Shown here piece by piece: positions 43,513-57,271 of a stretch of 64,000 nucleotides of DNA. Below the pieces are notes generated by a model. That model saw only the letters and a program-made list of their open reading frames with translations. It ran no database searches and was not told the DNA's origin. Both the position numbers and the translations under genes were made by a program. The stretch comes from Eledone cirrhosa (lineage: Eukaryota). The stretch lies in assembly GCA_964016885.1 (NCBI GenBank), contig OZ024752.1:32612001-32676000 (forward strand), given 5' to 3'. Positions within the stretch are counted from its first letter, which is position 1, and the number at the start of each line of letters is the position of its first letter.

Positions 43513-46500
43513 TTCTTCTGGTTTTATAATTTCACAAAGTTTTACCAATAGAGAGAGAATCGGTTTCTAACATAGACACAAGACTCTCTCATTGGAATTT
43601 ACACAACATCAACTAGGTAGATATGTATGTATGTCTGCATGCATGTGTAGATATGGATGTTATTGTATGTGTGGATGTGTATGATTTGAGTTGTATGTGT
43701 GCATGTGTATATGCTTTGTATCTGTACATGTGTATATGCAGTTATTAGATGCAAAATTTTTGGAATGTTTTACATATTTTTACTATTCCATTAATGGATT
43801 GTACTTGTAATTTCCTAACTAGTTGTGTTCTTTCTGTTCCTGTGAAGCCTAGCTTCTCAAGATTTGTATTGAGGCAGTTACTAACATATCCCAGTGCCCC
43901 AATAATCACAGGCATAAATCTGAAGGTGTAATCAGGGTGGAGTATCTGCAGATTTCTCATCAGTTCTGCATAAATATTCTCCTTTTCACTAATCTTTGAT
44001 ATTATATTGGCATCTGCTGGGCAGCTAATTTCCACTACTGTGCATGTTTTCTTCTCCCTGTCCCATATCATAATATCTGGTCTGTTATGCCTGCATTTTA
44101 TTGGGGTTTTTACTGGAACATTCCACCAGGACTCTTTCATATTATGTACATGGATATCTTCCACATTGTTGTAGCTTTTAATGTGTTTATTATCAGGGCT
44201 ATCTTTTTTACGAACTGCATTGTACAGTGTTTTGGCCACTACATCATGCCTCATAGGTAGATAGTACCGCGATGACATCTTTGGGCAGCTGCTGATGACA
44301 TGGGTGATATCCTCGATGTTAGTTCTGCAGAGTCTGCACTTGTTATCACATCTAGGTGTTTTGCCTGCATCCCTATCTCTTTTGTGAATCAGGTATTTTG
44401 TGCTAATCTCCTGTTCTTGGATTGCAAAAGCGTATCCTTCAAAGTGGGAGCCAATATAGCGGTTGTTGGTCCAAGATAGACTACTTTTCTTATCTATATT
44501 ACTCTCACTCTGGAGCTTCCTGGCAACATATCCATGCATGATTTTTTGCTGATAGGCATGCAGTTTTTCATCCATGGATTCACTGCGATACTGCTGAGCG
44601 ACATCCCTGGGTGTGAGTTTTTGATTATCACACAGGGAATATCTCTCAAGGAGTTCCTTCCCAACTCTCATGATCTTATCTGTTTCATGCAGATAGACTT
44701 GCTCGAGAAGCGGGCTCCTACGCTTCGAGGTTCGTAAATGTTGTCGGAGAGATATGATGTGGCATTCAAATGTTGTCTGGACTGATGTTAGGCCTCTGCC
44801 TCCCTGCTTACGTTTCAAGTAAAGGCGGTCTATGTCACTGTTGATGTGGAAGTTTCCGGTGTTGTTCAGTATTTTTTGAGTTCCAACATCAACTGCTCGG
44901 ATTTCGTCTATCGTCCAATTGAGTATTCCAAACGTTGGTGTTAGGACAGGCACACCAAACACATTGTGAGCCACTGTTTTGTTTTGCGCAGAGAGTTCCG
45001 ATGACCAGATCTTTCTTAATCGGGTGTAATATTCCCTGGTTATGCGTTCTTTATTACAGATACCATTATAAAATATGTTCTCATCTATCCCCAGGTATCT
45101 GTAGCAGTCTTCATCAGATATCGGTGAAACAGTTAGACCATAGATTGGGTTGTTGTTTTTCCCCACTTTACAGTCATGTATGAGCATTTATCTTGGCCAA
45201 ACTCCATTCCTATATCCTTTGAGAACGTTGTAACCAGGTCAAGATTTTTCTTCATCCCATCCATATTCTTGGCATAGAGTTTCAGATCGTCCACAAAGAA
45301 GTTATGGGTTAGGTTCGTATTTCTGTCCTCCTGTGAGCCAATGATGTATCCCTCACATTTCTTGAGCAGAAAGGACAAGGGGTTTAATGACAAGATGAAC
45401 AATATCACAGAGAGACTGTCCCTCTGAAATATACCCCTGCAATATTTTATTTTATCAGTGAAAATAGAGTCCTCCCTCTCTGTCTTTAACCTTAGGATAG
45501 TAGCCCAAGAAGAAGACAGCCTCTCTATGGCTCTGACAATAATGTCTGGGACTTTAGCAAGTTGGAGGGCCTCTATCCAAGAGTGGGGAACAGAATCGAA
45601 AGCTTTCTTGTAGTCCAGCCAGACTAGTCATATTCCTCCTAAGTTGTCGCACCTCCGACATCGCAGTTTTGTTGATTAGGAGTTGTTCAGCACATCCCCA
45701 AACCCTTTTCTTTCCAGCTGCTTGTTCATCTGTGATGATGTTATTATTTTCACAGTGATCTTGGAGGAATAGGTTGAGGCAGGCTGTATACATCTTATAC
45801 ATCAGGTTCTGGTATGCAATGGGTCAGTAGTTTTTTGCCAAGTGGGTGTCTTTGTTCTTGGGGACCAGTAACGTTTGTGCTAATGTCAACCATTCTGGTA
45901 TAAGTGTATCTCCCTTAAGAACTTGTTGGTAGAGGTCAGTAAGATACCTCCAATAGAATATTAGTTTTTTGTACCAGTAGCCGACAATCATGTATTTTCC
46001 TGGTGTTTTCTTATCTTGGAGTTTTCCTATCAGTCTCAAGGGTACCCTCACTTATTTTGTATGTTTTTTTTGTAGTGTAGGAGCAATAGTTCTTTCGGAT
46101 TTCTCTTAGCCACACTGCATCTTGGTTGAAATTCTTCTTTTCACCCCATATTTTTCTCCAAAAGGAATCTATGTCTTTCTGGGATGGGGCCTCAGTGACA
46201 CTTATTATTTTGCCCTTCATATCTCTATAGACTGATGTTTGGTTTCGTCTGAATCTTTTATTAAGCACTTTTCTCTCATCTACCTTCTTCAGGTATCGGC
46301 GTTTTTCGCTAACAGCTCTCAATTCTTGTTTGAGGGTGATCAGCTTATATTGGAGAGTTCTGGTTCTACTGTTACCAAACATCGTCTCTATTTTATTTTT
46401 CACTCTTTGTTGGTGAGGAGTGAGGGTTTTGGGGTTTGTTTGCATGTAAGGAGCGTTATCACATGTCCTATGTTTTTTCGTAGGTCAGCACTCTTTTTTT

Positions 46501-47602
46501 CTATTTTAGTTATATATGATGGTATTTTTGGTGGTGTTTTGTTCTTGTTAATATCTCTGCTATCACCAAGATAATGCTTCACTGTCATTGCTAAGGCATA
46601 TAAACAGGCGTTGATTTGCCAGAATGTTGGGGTTTTTATCCGTCGTAAATATTCATCCCCTGTTTCGTCAATAACACGTAGTATTTCATTATTTGGTTTT
46701 TTATTCACCATTGTCATTTTAACACGTTCAGCCAGAGAGATATTTATACATGAGTTAATTTCTCTCTGGAAGATTTCGTTGGGGGAAATTTTCAATTGTT
46801 TATACTTTTGATTATCATTATCGATAGTATTTTCCACAACAGTCGAGGTAGACTCGGATGGTATACGTGGTGTCACATTTATTCGATTATTATTATTATT
46901 TCTTCGATTATTATTATTATCGATAGTGTTTTCCCCAGCATTCGAGGTAGACTTAGATGGTACAGGCATAGTTGTTTCAAGGCGCTGTTCGACCTGGCTG
47001 CTAGGAAGTCCAGTAGCATGGCGATCTGTAGCACGTGTTGTTGATTCCATGTTTGTTGTGGGGGACTTACAATTAATAATATTTATCTTATTTTTATGTT
47101 CAACAAACGTCGCTTGTTGGCGTAATTGTTTCGCTGTGAAATAATTTAGCTCTGGGTGCATTTCGTCCCAGTGTAGCTTCATTCTATTCATATAGCCAAT
47201 GGAGGGATTGTTTTTTGCCATTTTATAACAATTAAATATATCATTATTAAGTTCGCAACTCCAAGAGAAATGCGATTTATAATTTCGGTTTCTTCTGTAG
47301 CTACAACTGAATAAAGTTTGTTTACCTTCTTTGTTATTTGTCTTCGATACTTCCTTAATTTTCTTGTTGATGTTATGTTCAGCCATGCTGTTTGTAGCAA
47401 ATCCTTGTAAAATGAATTATGTATTTAGTCGGATATCTCTACGAATTTGAATAAAAGGTGTCTTCAGAAGGGATAGTTAGAAGAATAACCAGTTATTCAA
47501 CATGGCTGTAGTTGTGGCATTACTGTCGGAGATAGTATTCATCTTAAATTTAATAAATAGTCTCCCACGCCAAAATATGCGACTGATCGCGTTGACTGAT
47601 GG
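43513..47602 (-). mobile_element. Near-full-length, frameshifted R4/Dong-like non-LTR retrotransposon (RT + CCHC + restriction-like endonuclease) in intron 2
   Basis: RT motifs LDYKKAFDSVPH, GIFQGDSLS, FVDDLKLY, YRYLG; CRLC...H...C; RHD; RPDIMIWD...VVEISCP...K...Y..L. Six ORF fragments; flanked by (TATG)n. Confidence 0.92.
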
Positions 47603-47729
47603 AATGTATGTGTGTGTGTATATGTATGTGTGTGTGTATGCATGTATGTATGTATGCATGTATGTATGTATGCATGCATGCATGTATGTATGTATGTATA
47701 ATACTGAAATATTGTTTTTAAATGTTCAG

Positions 47730-47825
47730 GATCTCCAACAACTAAACAATTTCGAATTAAACAATCTTATAAACGAACTGAAAAATTATTTACCAAGAAA
47801 TGAGTTACCATTGAAACCTACACTG
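47730..47825 (+). CDS. HLH/HMG gene exon 3 (DLQQLNNFELNNLINELKNYLPRNELPLKPTL; helix 1 + loop)
   Basis: gttcag acceptor, gtaagt donor, phase 0 to 0. Confidence 0.82.
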
Positions 47826-48245
47826 GTAAGTAGAAACTACTGTATATCTTTTTAAAGAAATGTCTTATTTTATCTATTAACTTTGTATGGTCCCTTTCAG
47901 AGGAAGAGGTAGGGTGAAAACAGGGCTGGATTTAAAATACTTTTATTAACCCTTTAACATTTACATTACTCAATATATTTACTATTATATTTTCACAGTA
48001 AAGGCTTTATCTCACATAATATCGAATCTATGAGATGTTGATGTTATTTATTTTGAGAAGAATACCGTCAGTAAGAGTGGCTAGTTATGGCTGGTTTGAA
48101 CAGGAAGAGCTGAGAGAATTCTGGCCGGATACAGCCGGTTTAAATGCTAAAGGGTTAAGAAGATGGAGGTATAATGTAATCTAATGTGTCTTGTCTAATG
48201 GGCCTTTAATAAAAAAATTTATAAAAGTGTATATATAGGTATAGT

Positions 48246-48378
48246 TATGGCTGGCTGTATGGTTAAGGAGTTTGCTTCGCAACTGTGTCGATTTTAGTTC
48301 AATCCCATGGCACAGAACTTCTGGGGGAAAGGGTCTACAACTATAGCCTTGAGTTGGCCAAAGCTTTGTGAGTGAAAC
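48246..48378 (+). mobile_element. Degenerate third tRNA-derived SINE
   Basis: TGGCTGTATGGTTAAG A-box-like, AGTTCAATCCC B-box-like. Confidence 0.4.
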
Positions 48379-50568
48379 TATAAAAGCTCCGTGGAAGAAT
48401 CATTCCTATTCTTAATCCTTTAGCATTCAATCCGGCCAGAATTCTTTCACCTCTTCCTGTTTAAACCAGTTGTAACTGTTCTCAAAATAAATAATATCAA
48501 AATCTCATAGATTCGATATTATGTGAGATAATTATGTAAGGTAAAGCCTTTACCATGAAAATATGATAGTAAATATAGAGTAAGGTAAATGCTAAAGGGT
48601 TAAGTGATAAACTTAATTCATTGTACAGAATTTAACAATCATTTACTCTGTAGGTGCCTTTAGTAAAGTCCACTAGTCTTGCAAGTATTTAGGGCTGGAC
48701 ATTGATATTAGGATAACTTTCTCCTTTCCTTCCAGCTCTAAAAAACCTCACTGGTGCTGCCATTTCTCTTCTGGCAAGCTATTTTTATACATGAAGTTAT
48801 GTTATATATATAACATATTATGTTATGTTGTTATATATTACTAACAATGGCAGTGCCCCAGCATGGCCTCATCCTATTGGCTGGAACACCATAAGAGGGT
48901 AAAAGATAAACATATTAGATTATGATATATATTATTATATTATTCTATATTACTAACATATTTGGTTAGGTTTTTATATAATTCTATATTATATTATTGT
49001 GGATTGGCAGAATTGGTAGAGCGTCGGATACCATGTTTAGTGTCATAGTTACGGCCCTTTGCATTCTGAGTTCAAATCCTGCTGAGGTTAACTTTGCCTT
49101 TCATCCTTACGGGGTCGATAAAATAAAGTACCAGTAAAGCACTGGGGTAATTGCTGGCCTTGTGCCAAAAGTAGATACATCATCATCATCATCATCATCA
49201 TTTTATGTCCGCTTTTCCCTGCTTGCAAGGGTGGGACAGGAACTGATTCTGGCTTGCTTTCTACAGCTGGATGCCCTTCCTAACACCAACCTCATTTACA
49301 GTGAGTGCTGGGTGCTTTCTTGCCGTGGCACCTCCACGTCCACTTTACAGTGGAATGATAGGGACCCCAGTCCTAGTCCAATGCTCTAACCACTAAGCCA
49401 TGCGCCTTCACTATTTATTATATATTACTAACATATCGTTATGTTGTTATATATTACTAACAATGACAATGCCCCAGTATGGCCTCATCTTATCAGCTGG
49501 AACACATAAGAGAGTAGAAGATATACATATTAGATGTTGTTATATATTATTATATATAACAACATTGAGTTCAAATCCCGCCGAGGTTGACTTTGCCTTT
49601 CATCCTTACGGGGTCGATAAAATAAAGTACCAGTAATGCACTGGTGAATTGCTGGCCTTGTGCCCTAAAGTAGAAACAGTTATATATTATTATATGTTAT
49701 GAACGTATCAAGTTATGTTGTTATATCAGGTTATGTTATATGTTGCAAGGGCGGTGGATTGGCAGTGTCAGTAGAGGGTCGAAACGCCATGCTTTGCGGT
49801 ATAGAGTTGCGGCCCTTTACGGTCTGAGTTCAAATCCCGCCATGGTTAACTTTGCCTTTCATCCTTACGGGGGTCGATAAAATGTATAGAGTTGCGGCCC
49901 TTTACGGCCTGAGTTCAAATCCCGCCAAGGTTAACTTTGCCTTTCATCCTTACGGGGTCGATAAAATGTATAGAGTTGCGGCCCTTTGCGGTCTGAGTTC
50001 AAATCCCGCCAAGGTTAACTTTGCCTTTCATCCTTACGGGGGTCGATAAAATAAAGTACCAGTCACGCACTGGGGTCGATTTAATTGAGCTCCCCCTCCC
50101 ACCAAATTGCTGGCCTTGTGCCTATATAAGAAACCATTATTTTATATGATATGTTGCAGGAAGATATTATACTAGCCACTGTCAACTATATTATATTATA
50201 TCATCATCATCATTTTATGTCTGCTTTTCCCTGCTTGCAAGTATGGGACGGGTCCTATTCATCACAGCATCTCTCCACTTGTCACGGTCCTTCGTTATAT
50301 ATATTAATACCATATCATGTTATATACAGGAAGATATTGTACTAGTCACTGCCAACTATGTTATATAATTGTTTCTACTTTAGGCACAAGGCCAGCAATT
50401 ACCCAGTTCATTACTGGTACTTTATTTTATCGACCCCGTAAGGATGAAAGGCAAAGTCAACCTCGGCGGGATTTGAACTCAGATCGTAAAGGGACGTAAC
50501 TATGCTTGAAAGCATGGCGTCCGACCCTCCACCGATACTGCCAATCTACCGCCCTATGTTATATAATA

Positions 50569-51470
50569 TACTAGCAGCAGGACCCGGCATTGCACGGGGT
50601 AGGAAACGTGAAATAGCAACACGCATATGCAAAGATTGAGGAATGTGGCTGTGTACTTTTTGAATTCCCTTATTCTCAGGGAATGATTGTTTATCTACTG
50701 GAAACGTAGAACATCAGCAGGCCCAAATCGTGAAACATCTGCATGCATGTGCAAAATCTGAATGAGTGGAGGATTGATCTCGTTCAGGGATACCAGTAGT
50801 AGCAGTGTCAGTGAGCTGATACCGCAAATCCTGTATGCGAAAGGAGTAAGTAAGTGTTGTGGCGTGATGTATGTCGTAAGTCTGTTCACGAATTACGTCA
50901 CGGATGGGGAACACACGTCAGTCTGAAGGAGCGACGTAGTCAATTGTGTGAAAACCAAGTAGGGATATTGAGATGACGAACTCAGCGTGACAACGCAGCT
51001 GCAGCAGAAAGGGGTCATAGTACAATTAGCACAAACGCTGGGCGGCACTGGTTGCACTCTGTTTACACAGTAACAAAGGTGGGACAAAAGGGGTCACCGC
51101 GGAATTAGCACAACCCTGCTGTTTGGCGTACTTGCGCAGGGCGTTCATACTGCAGTGTAGGTGCAACAAAACGGGTCTTAGTAGAAGTAGCACAGACGTG
51201 AGTTTTACGGTGACAATAACACGGCAACGTACACAGGGCCCGGATTTGCGCGTGATGAAAGCACAAAGCATCAACAGGGCACCGACAAAAATTTTAAGGT
51301 CCTCCTTATTTCCTCAATCCCCCAAAAATGGTCCTGCTTAAAAGTAAGTAAGTGTTGTGTCCTCTGTTAAGTAAACCAAATTTTTAACGAAATATACGCT
51401 ACTTACGATGTTTAAGTATATATTGAAAATGAAAATTGCATGTAATGCCCAATGTTAATTCGTAAATTTC
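50569..51470 (-). mobile_element. Helitron-like element (3' terminus at ~50570), GC-richer interior; other boundary uncertain
   Basis: Minus strand: CCCGTGCAATGCCGGG hairpin + TCCTGCTG + CTAG|T. Confidence 0.5.
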
Positions 51471-51509
51471 CTAGAAACTATTAATGGAATCAGCACACAT
51501 TAAGTAATG

Positions 51510-52190
51510 TGATTCTGCTGATTCTGCTATGATAACCAGATTGTCAGCATAGAGAAGTTCCCATGGACAGCCAGTCTTAAACTCCTCTGTTATGGCTTGG
51601 AGGACTATAATGAACAAGAGCGGGCTGAGGACCGAACCCTGATGTACTCCTACTTGTATCTGGAATTCCTCACTAAACTCCATTCCTACCCTGACTTTAC
51701 TGAGAGTACCTCTACAAAGTTTGCACTGTCCTCACAAGCCATTCCTCAACACCTAGCTTCCTTAGGGACCACCAGATGACAGATCGAGGTACCCTATCAA
51801 AGGCCTTCTCTAGGTCAACAAAGGCTAAGTATAGTGGCTTATTTTTCTCTAAGAACCTCTCTTGCAATTGTCTCACCAAGAAGAGGGTATCTGTTGTACT
51901 CTTTCCAGGCACAAAACCAAACTGCATCTCATCTAGTTTGACCCTTTCTGCCATTTTCATAACCTGATCTATCAGTTTTATACCCCTATAATTGCTCCTC
52001 TCCAGAGCATCCCCTTTACCTTTGTAGCAATTTATGAGAATACTGCTGCACCAGTCTTTGGGTATGACACCACCATATATAGCCTGATTGATGATGCGTG
52101 CAACCAGTTTAGTGCCTACGTCCCCTGGTGCCTTCAGCATCTCAGCAACTATTCCCGATGGTCCAGCAGCCTTACCATTTTTCATTTCCC
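51510..52190 (-). pseudogene. RTE-clade LINE reverse transcriptase fragment
   Basis: MKNGKAAGPSGI..E...KGKGD...NYRGIKL...QFGF.PG.STTD..F...AFVDLEKAFDRVPR; GVHQGSVLSPLLF...LYAD. Confidence 0.92.
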
Positions 52191-52319
52191 ATATATATAT
52201 AAATGTATCTATAGTATATTTGGCAATATACCGTATGTTTAATTAAAAACATTTTGAAGACCATATGCTATCGGTTTTAAAGTAGTGACCATGTCACTTC
52301 TTTTCGTTATATATTACAG

Positions 52320-52422
52320 GAAGATATTGTACTAGTCACTGCCAACTATGCACTGGAACTAAATATGTTGCTAGAGAAGAGTAACTCCACATCCACAGAT
52401 GAAATTAAATCTGAAAAGAGTG
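52320..52422 (+). CDS. HLH/HMG gene exon 4 (EDIVLVTANYALELNMLLEKSNSTSTDEIKSEKS; helix 2)
   Basis: attacag acceptor, G|gtaaat donor, phase 0 to 1. Confidence 0.8.
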
Positions 52423-53337
52423 GTAAATTGATTTTATTCTTTCTAATCAGTCATAATTAATTTGCATTAATTAGTATTAATTAGCATTGATTATCATTAA
52501 GGTAAACATGACTTTAGTTACATTAAACAATATTTCAGCTCGTCTCTTCTACGTTGGGACTAAAGCATATCATATTTATGCAAATATACTTTTACTCACA
52601 CAAAGATATGTAAATGCCCACACACACACACACACACGCCTTCACTGTTTCACTCACACACACTCATATACTCTTTCACACATCTTACACACTCACTCCT
52701 TCACACATACTCACTCAAACACACTCCTTCACACATACTCAAACACACATACTCTATCTTACACACACATACACACACATTCTTTCAAGAATTTAAAGCT
52801 TGTTTTACACAAAATATTTCACACCAAAATGTTACTCTTCAATTTTTATTTTTATTTATGTCATATATTACTGTTCAGGGTCCAATATTATTAAGTCACC
52901 CCCCCTCCCCACAATCTATCATATATTACTGTTTAGGGTCCATTACCATTACCCCCCCCCCCCTCCAAAGAAAAAAGTTGTCATACATTTCCGTTTAGGG
53001 TCCACCACTATTAACCCCCCCCCCTCCATGTCTCATTTATTGTTTAGTGCCCATCACTGTTAAACTGCCCCCCCCCCATCATGTGTCATTTTATTGTTTA
53101 GGGTCCATCACTATTAAACTGCCCCTCCCCCCATCATGTCTCATTTTATTGTTTAGGGTCCATCACTATTAAACTGTTTCCCACCCCCCCTCCCTCCCCA
53201 TCATGTGTCATATTTTATTGTTTAGGGTCCACAAATATTAAGTGGCCCCCAAAATGTGTCATTTATTCCTGTTTAGGCTAAAACTCTATTAAGTGGGCCC
53301 AAAAATGTGTCATGTGTCATATATTATTACTGTATAG

Positions 53338-53500
53338 AGTCCAACACTATCAAGCGACCTCAGAATGGTTTCATAAGATACTCTGTACAAAAGAGAGCTG
53401 AAGTAGCAGCCATGAATCCCCATCTTGACAACCGGAATATTTCATGTGTTCTGGGAACTCAATGGAAGCTTTTGTCAAGAGAAAACCGGGAGCAGTACCA
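53338..53500 (+). CDS. HLH/HMG gene exon 5, HMG box N-part (IKRPQNGFIRYSVQKRAEVAAMNPHLDNRNISCVLGTQWKLLSRENREQY)
   Basis: Clear sequence-specific HMG-box signature KRPxNxF...R......NP...N..IS..LG..WK.L; gtaagt donor; phase 1 to 2. Confidence 0.93.
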
Positions 53501-55969
53501 GTAAGTTGTTAAATAATTCTCTATTTTTATTTTAACCCTTTTTCTTACTAACTTCTGCCCAAGACCACCTTTGGTTCCATGACAGAAAACCTGTCTTTAA
53601 TTGTTCTTATTTAAAATATAATCTTATTCGCCTACTTATTCCTGAGAGGTTCGTGGGGGCAAAGTCCTTAAACACTCCTTCCAGCAGGTCCTGTCAAAAG
53701 GTCAATGGCAGTCATCTCCAATTGATCTGACTGGATCCCCAACCGAGACCAGCTGAGCTCATGGATGTTATCCAACCATCTTTCTCAGGGTCTACCGCTG
53801 GGTTTCCCGTCGGTTGGTTTTGCCTGTAAAATCTGTCCAAGGATTTTTTTCCCTGAGACATTCTAACCACATGTTCATAGTATCGGAGCTGTGATCTGTT
53901 AATTCGGAGAAGTAGCAGCTCTATCTGGATAAACTCTTTGATCTCCGAGCTACAAACTCTATTGAGTAATGTTGCTCCAAAGACCCTATTTTGGCTACTT
54001 GTATTTGCGATTGTATTTTTTCGGTCATTACCCCATATAATCTTCCATCAAAATTTTATATAAAATCATTTTTGTTAAGTTATGTTCCATTAAACTAGAA
54101 TTTGAAACAACATCGTCATCACCACCACCACCATCACCACCATCATTGGGGGAAGTGGATGGTAAAAGATGACGATGGTGATGATGATGTAACTATTATT
54201 AATCAGGGGACCCCTCAAAGGAACCCCAGGGACAATAAATGACATTTTTCTTCAGTTATAGAGACTTTAAGCGTGAAAGATAAAGATATTTCCAGGAATG
54301 TTGCTGAAATATTATATCAATATCCTTAGGGCTAGTAAAATTGTCAAATGTTTTTTGAATCTGACAATAATTTGAACCAAAATTTGAATAAGGAATTTTT
54401 AAATTGAAGAAAATTTTTGGTAAATTGGATTTGATTTTGATATAGAATTATGGATAATCATTTTTAGAACTTATAAATAACTCTTGTGAAATATTGATTG
54501 TCCCCATTTTAAACTATATCTGTGATTCAAAAAATAACAAGAGTCACTCAAATTATGTCAAAAAAATAAATATGATCCTGGTCTTGGTAAAAGACTTGGT
54601 CTTTTCATTTGACAGAAATTTGAGATTTGCTAAAATTGTAGGAATAACAACTTTAAGATAATTACTTTCTGTAAAGACAAACACAAGACAAAAACAGGGA
54701 AAGGGAAAGAAAAGAGAGAGAAAATATAGGTTAGTTACTAAACTTCGAAGTTACATTTTGTATCTATGTCAAAAGTAAATGATATGAAAATATGATGTTA
54801 TTTTCTTCTTCTCCCACATCCCCTGCCACAACAACCCATGCTGGTTTTAGCTGTCAATTAATTATATGATATTAGTGAGATGTCAAAATCATTTAATAGA
54901 AGACTACCAAAGAAATGATATAAAAAATGTAGTTGGGGAATAAATAAAACAAAAAAAAAAATACTTCTAAGCTTTATAGACATTTGGTCTTCCAGAATAA
55001 TAATATGAAGACATTGCTATTTTAAAGAATGTAATAATTTCCTTTAGGGAATTAAGACTTTGAATTTCCTGTGTAGTATTTTCAAAATTATATATAATCA
55101 TGGATTATATATAATTTTGAAAATACTTTTATATATCATATTGGGGACATGATAGAGAGTTCTCAGTTTGTGTAATGATAATACAACACATTGTAAATTT
55201 GTTGTGTTGGTGTCACGACAAAAGCGCCCAATCCACACTGTAAAGTGGTTGTTTTGGTTCTATGATAAAAAGCACCCAGTCCCCACTGTAAAGTAGTCGT
55301 GCTGGTGACAAGACAAAAGCGCTAGTCCACTGTAAAGTGGTCGTTTTACTGCCACAATAAAAAGCATCCAGTCCCCACTGTAAAGTAGTTGTGCTGGTGA
55401 CAAGACAAAAAGTACCCAGTCCACTGTGAAGTGGTCATTTTACTGCCACAATAAAAAGCACCCAGTCTATGGTGTAAATATGGTTGGCTTTAGCAAGGCC
55501 ATCCAGTCAGAAACCAAACTAACCCATGCTAGTGTGGAAAAATAGTCGTTAAACAGTGTTCATGATAATATATCTTGCTTTAACATATTTTTGAGTTCAT
55601 AAATCTTTTGAAAGAGCATTTGTGCTTGACAACTGAATAGCAGTGATTTCAAACTAATTGGATCTTGTTTAACTTCAGTACTGTCAGATTTAAACATGTT
55701 CTATCTTTCAATCACTATTTATAGTGTCCAAATTAAATCACGTGCCTGTTGCTGTATGTGATTTGGCAATTAGTGTATAAACGAAATTACGTAATACAAA
55801 TATTTTCGTTGCTCTAAAATATAATTTGCTATAAAATCTTTGCCAAATTTTCACCACTACAAGATGATTTATTCTGGTTATTCATTAATATATAAGCAGT
55901 TCGTCTGAGACATCATATGTGTTTCTAGAAGCATTGTAACCCATGCTAGCGTGGAAAAATAGACATTAA

Positions 55970-56005
<36 letters not shown>

Positions 56006-57120
56006 GTAACTAAAATGTGGCCCATTTACACAGAAACCATAATGATCCAAGTGTGAAGTCTATAGTTTCTCTCTTAAAGCTGCAATGGTTGTTTCAGGTT
56101 TATGAGGTATATAGTTAATTAAATGGTGGCAAATTGGCAGAATCATTAGAACACCAGATAGAATGCTTTTGTGGTATTCATTTTGGCTTGCTGCTCTCTG
56201 AGTTCAAATCCAGCTGAAGTCAACTTGGCCTTTCATCCAAATGGTGGTGGTGGCAGTTCTAATGATAAAAAATAAATTCACAAAGCTAACCAAATCAATA
56301 GGATAGCAAGAGAGTATTTATATTGTAGACTAAAAATTGAGGCCAAATACATTTCCCTAGAGAAGAGCTCTTAACAAAAAGGGGAGGGGGGCATATTGGA
56401 TACTGTAAATCCCTCTCCCCCCTTTAAAAACAAAAAGAAAGTCTAGAATTATGATGACTGGATCATATTTGGCCATACCTCTGTACAATTAAGGCTAATC
56501 TGGATCTCCCCCTCTTCCCTCCACCACAAAAAAAATCCATGCTTGTTAATTATTAAAGTTATCGTGCAATTAAAGACTGCATTGTTAATTTGCAAACCTG
56601 AGAGGAAAGTATTTCTATAGGTTTAGGGCTAGAATAATAGTCACTCATGTTTTTTTGGGGGGGTCCTTGTTTAATCTAATTCCATCAACATCTAAATCTC
56701 CACACTACCAATGTGGACATGTACTGATTTTGGTCCTTGTTTAACCCTCTAGCATTTATATTACTCTATATATTATAATATTTTTTGTGGTAAAGGCTTT
56801 ATCTCACATAATAGTGAATCTACGAGATTTTCATATTATTTATTTTGAGAACAATACCTTAATGTCAGTATGAGTGGGATTGCCCAGTTATGGCTAGATT
56901 GAACAGAAAGAGGTGTGAGAATTCTGGCCGGATACGGCTGGTTTAAATGCTAAATGATTAATACAATTCCATCAACATCTAAATCTCTACACTGCCAATG
57001 TGGACATGCGCTGTATTTGGTCCTTGTTTAAACCAATTCCATATCCACACCACCAATGTAGACATATTCTTAAAGAATGAGAAAAAAAAGATAACAGCAA
57101 TGTTTTTGTGTTTTACATAG

Positions 57121-57259
57121 ACAGGAATTTGAAGCAGAGATGAAAGATTTGCGTAAGAAATATCCAGATTGGATGTATTCAAATAAGAAAAATGATGTCG
57201 ATGTTGTTTTAGAAGTGATGCCAACACGTCTAAGACCAGCAGAGAAACGGAAAAAAAAG
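57121..57259 (+). CDS. HLH/HMG gene exon 6, HMG box C-part (QQEFEAEMKDLRKKYPDWMYSNKK...RKKK)
   Basis: ttttacatag acceptor, phase 2 to 0; completes helix 3 with a YPDW.Y motif. Confidence 0.9.
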
Positions 57260-57271
57260 GTAATAATATAT

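Noticed and set aside
47480-47602. HDV-like ribozyme at the 5' end of the R4/Dong-like LINE
   Set aside because: Stems are visible (TGGCGT/ATGCCA, GGAGA/TCTCC on minus) but I could not fit the nested double pseudoknot; needs an RNAMotif/Infernal search.
55074-55127. Short AT-rich palindrome (also ~32863-32899)
   Set aside because: Low complexity, no ribozyme core or TIR/TSD evidence.
53338-57200. Calling the HMG gene a Sox gene or definitively MEIOSIN
   Set aside because: It lacks the SOX RPMNAFMVW signature and matches MEIOSIN only in domain pairing and NGFI, so no symbol is assigned.
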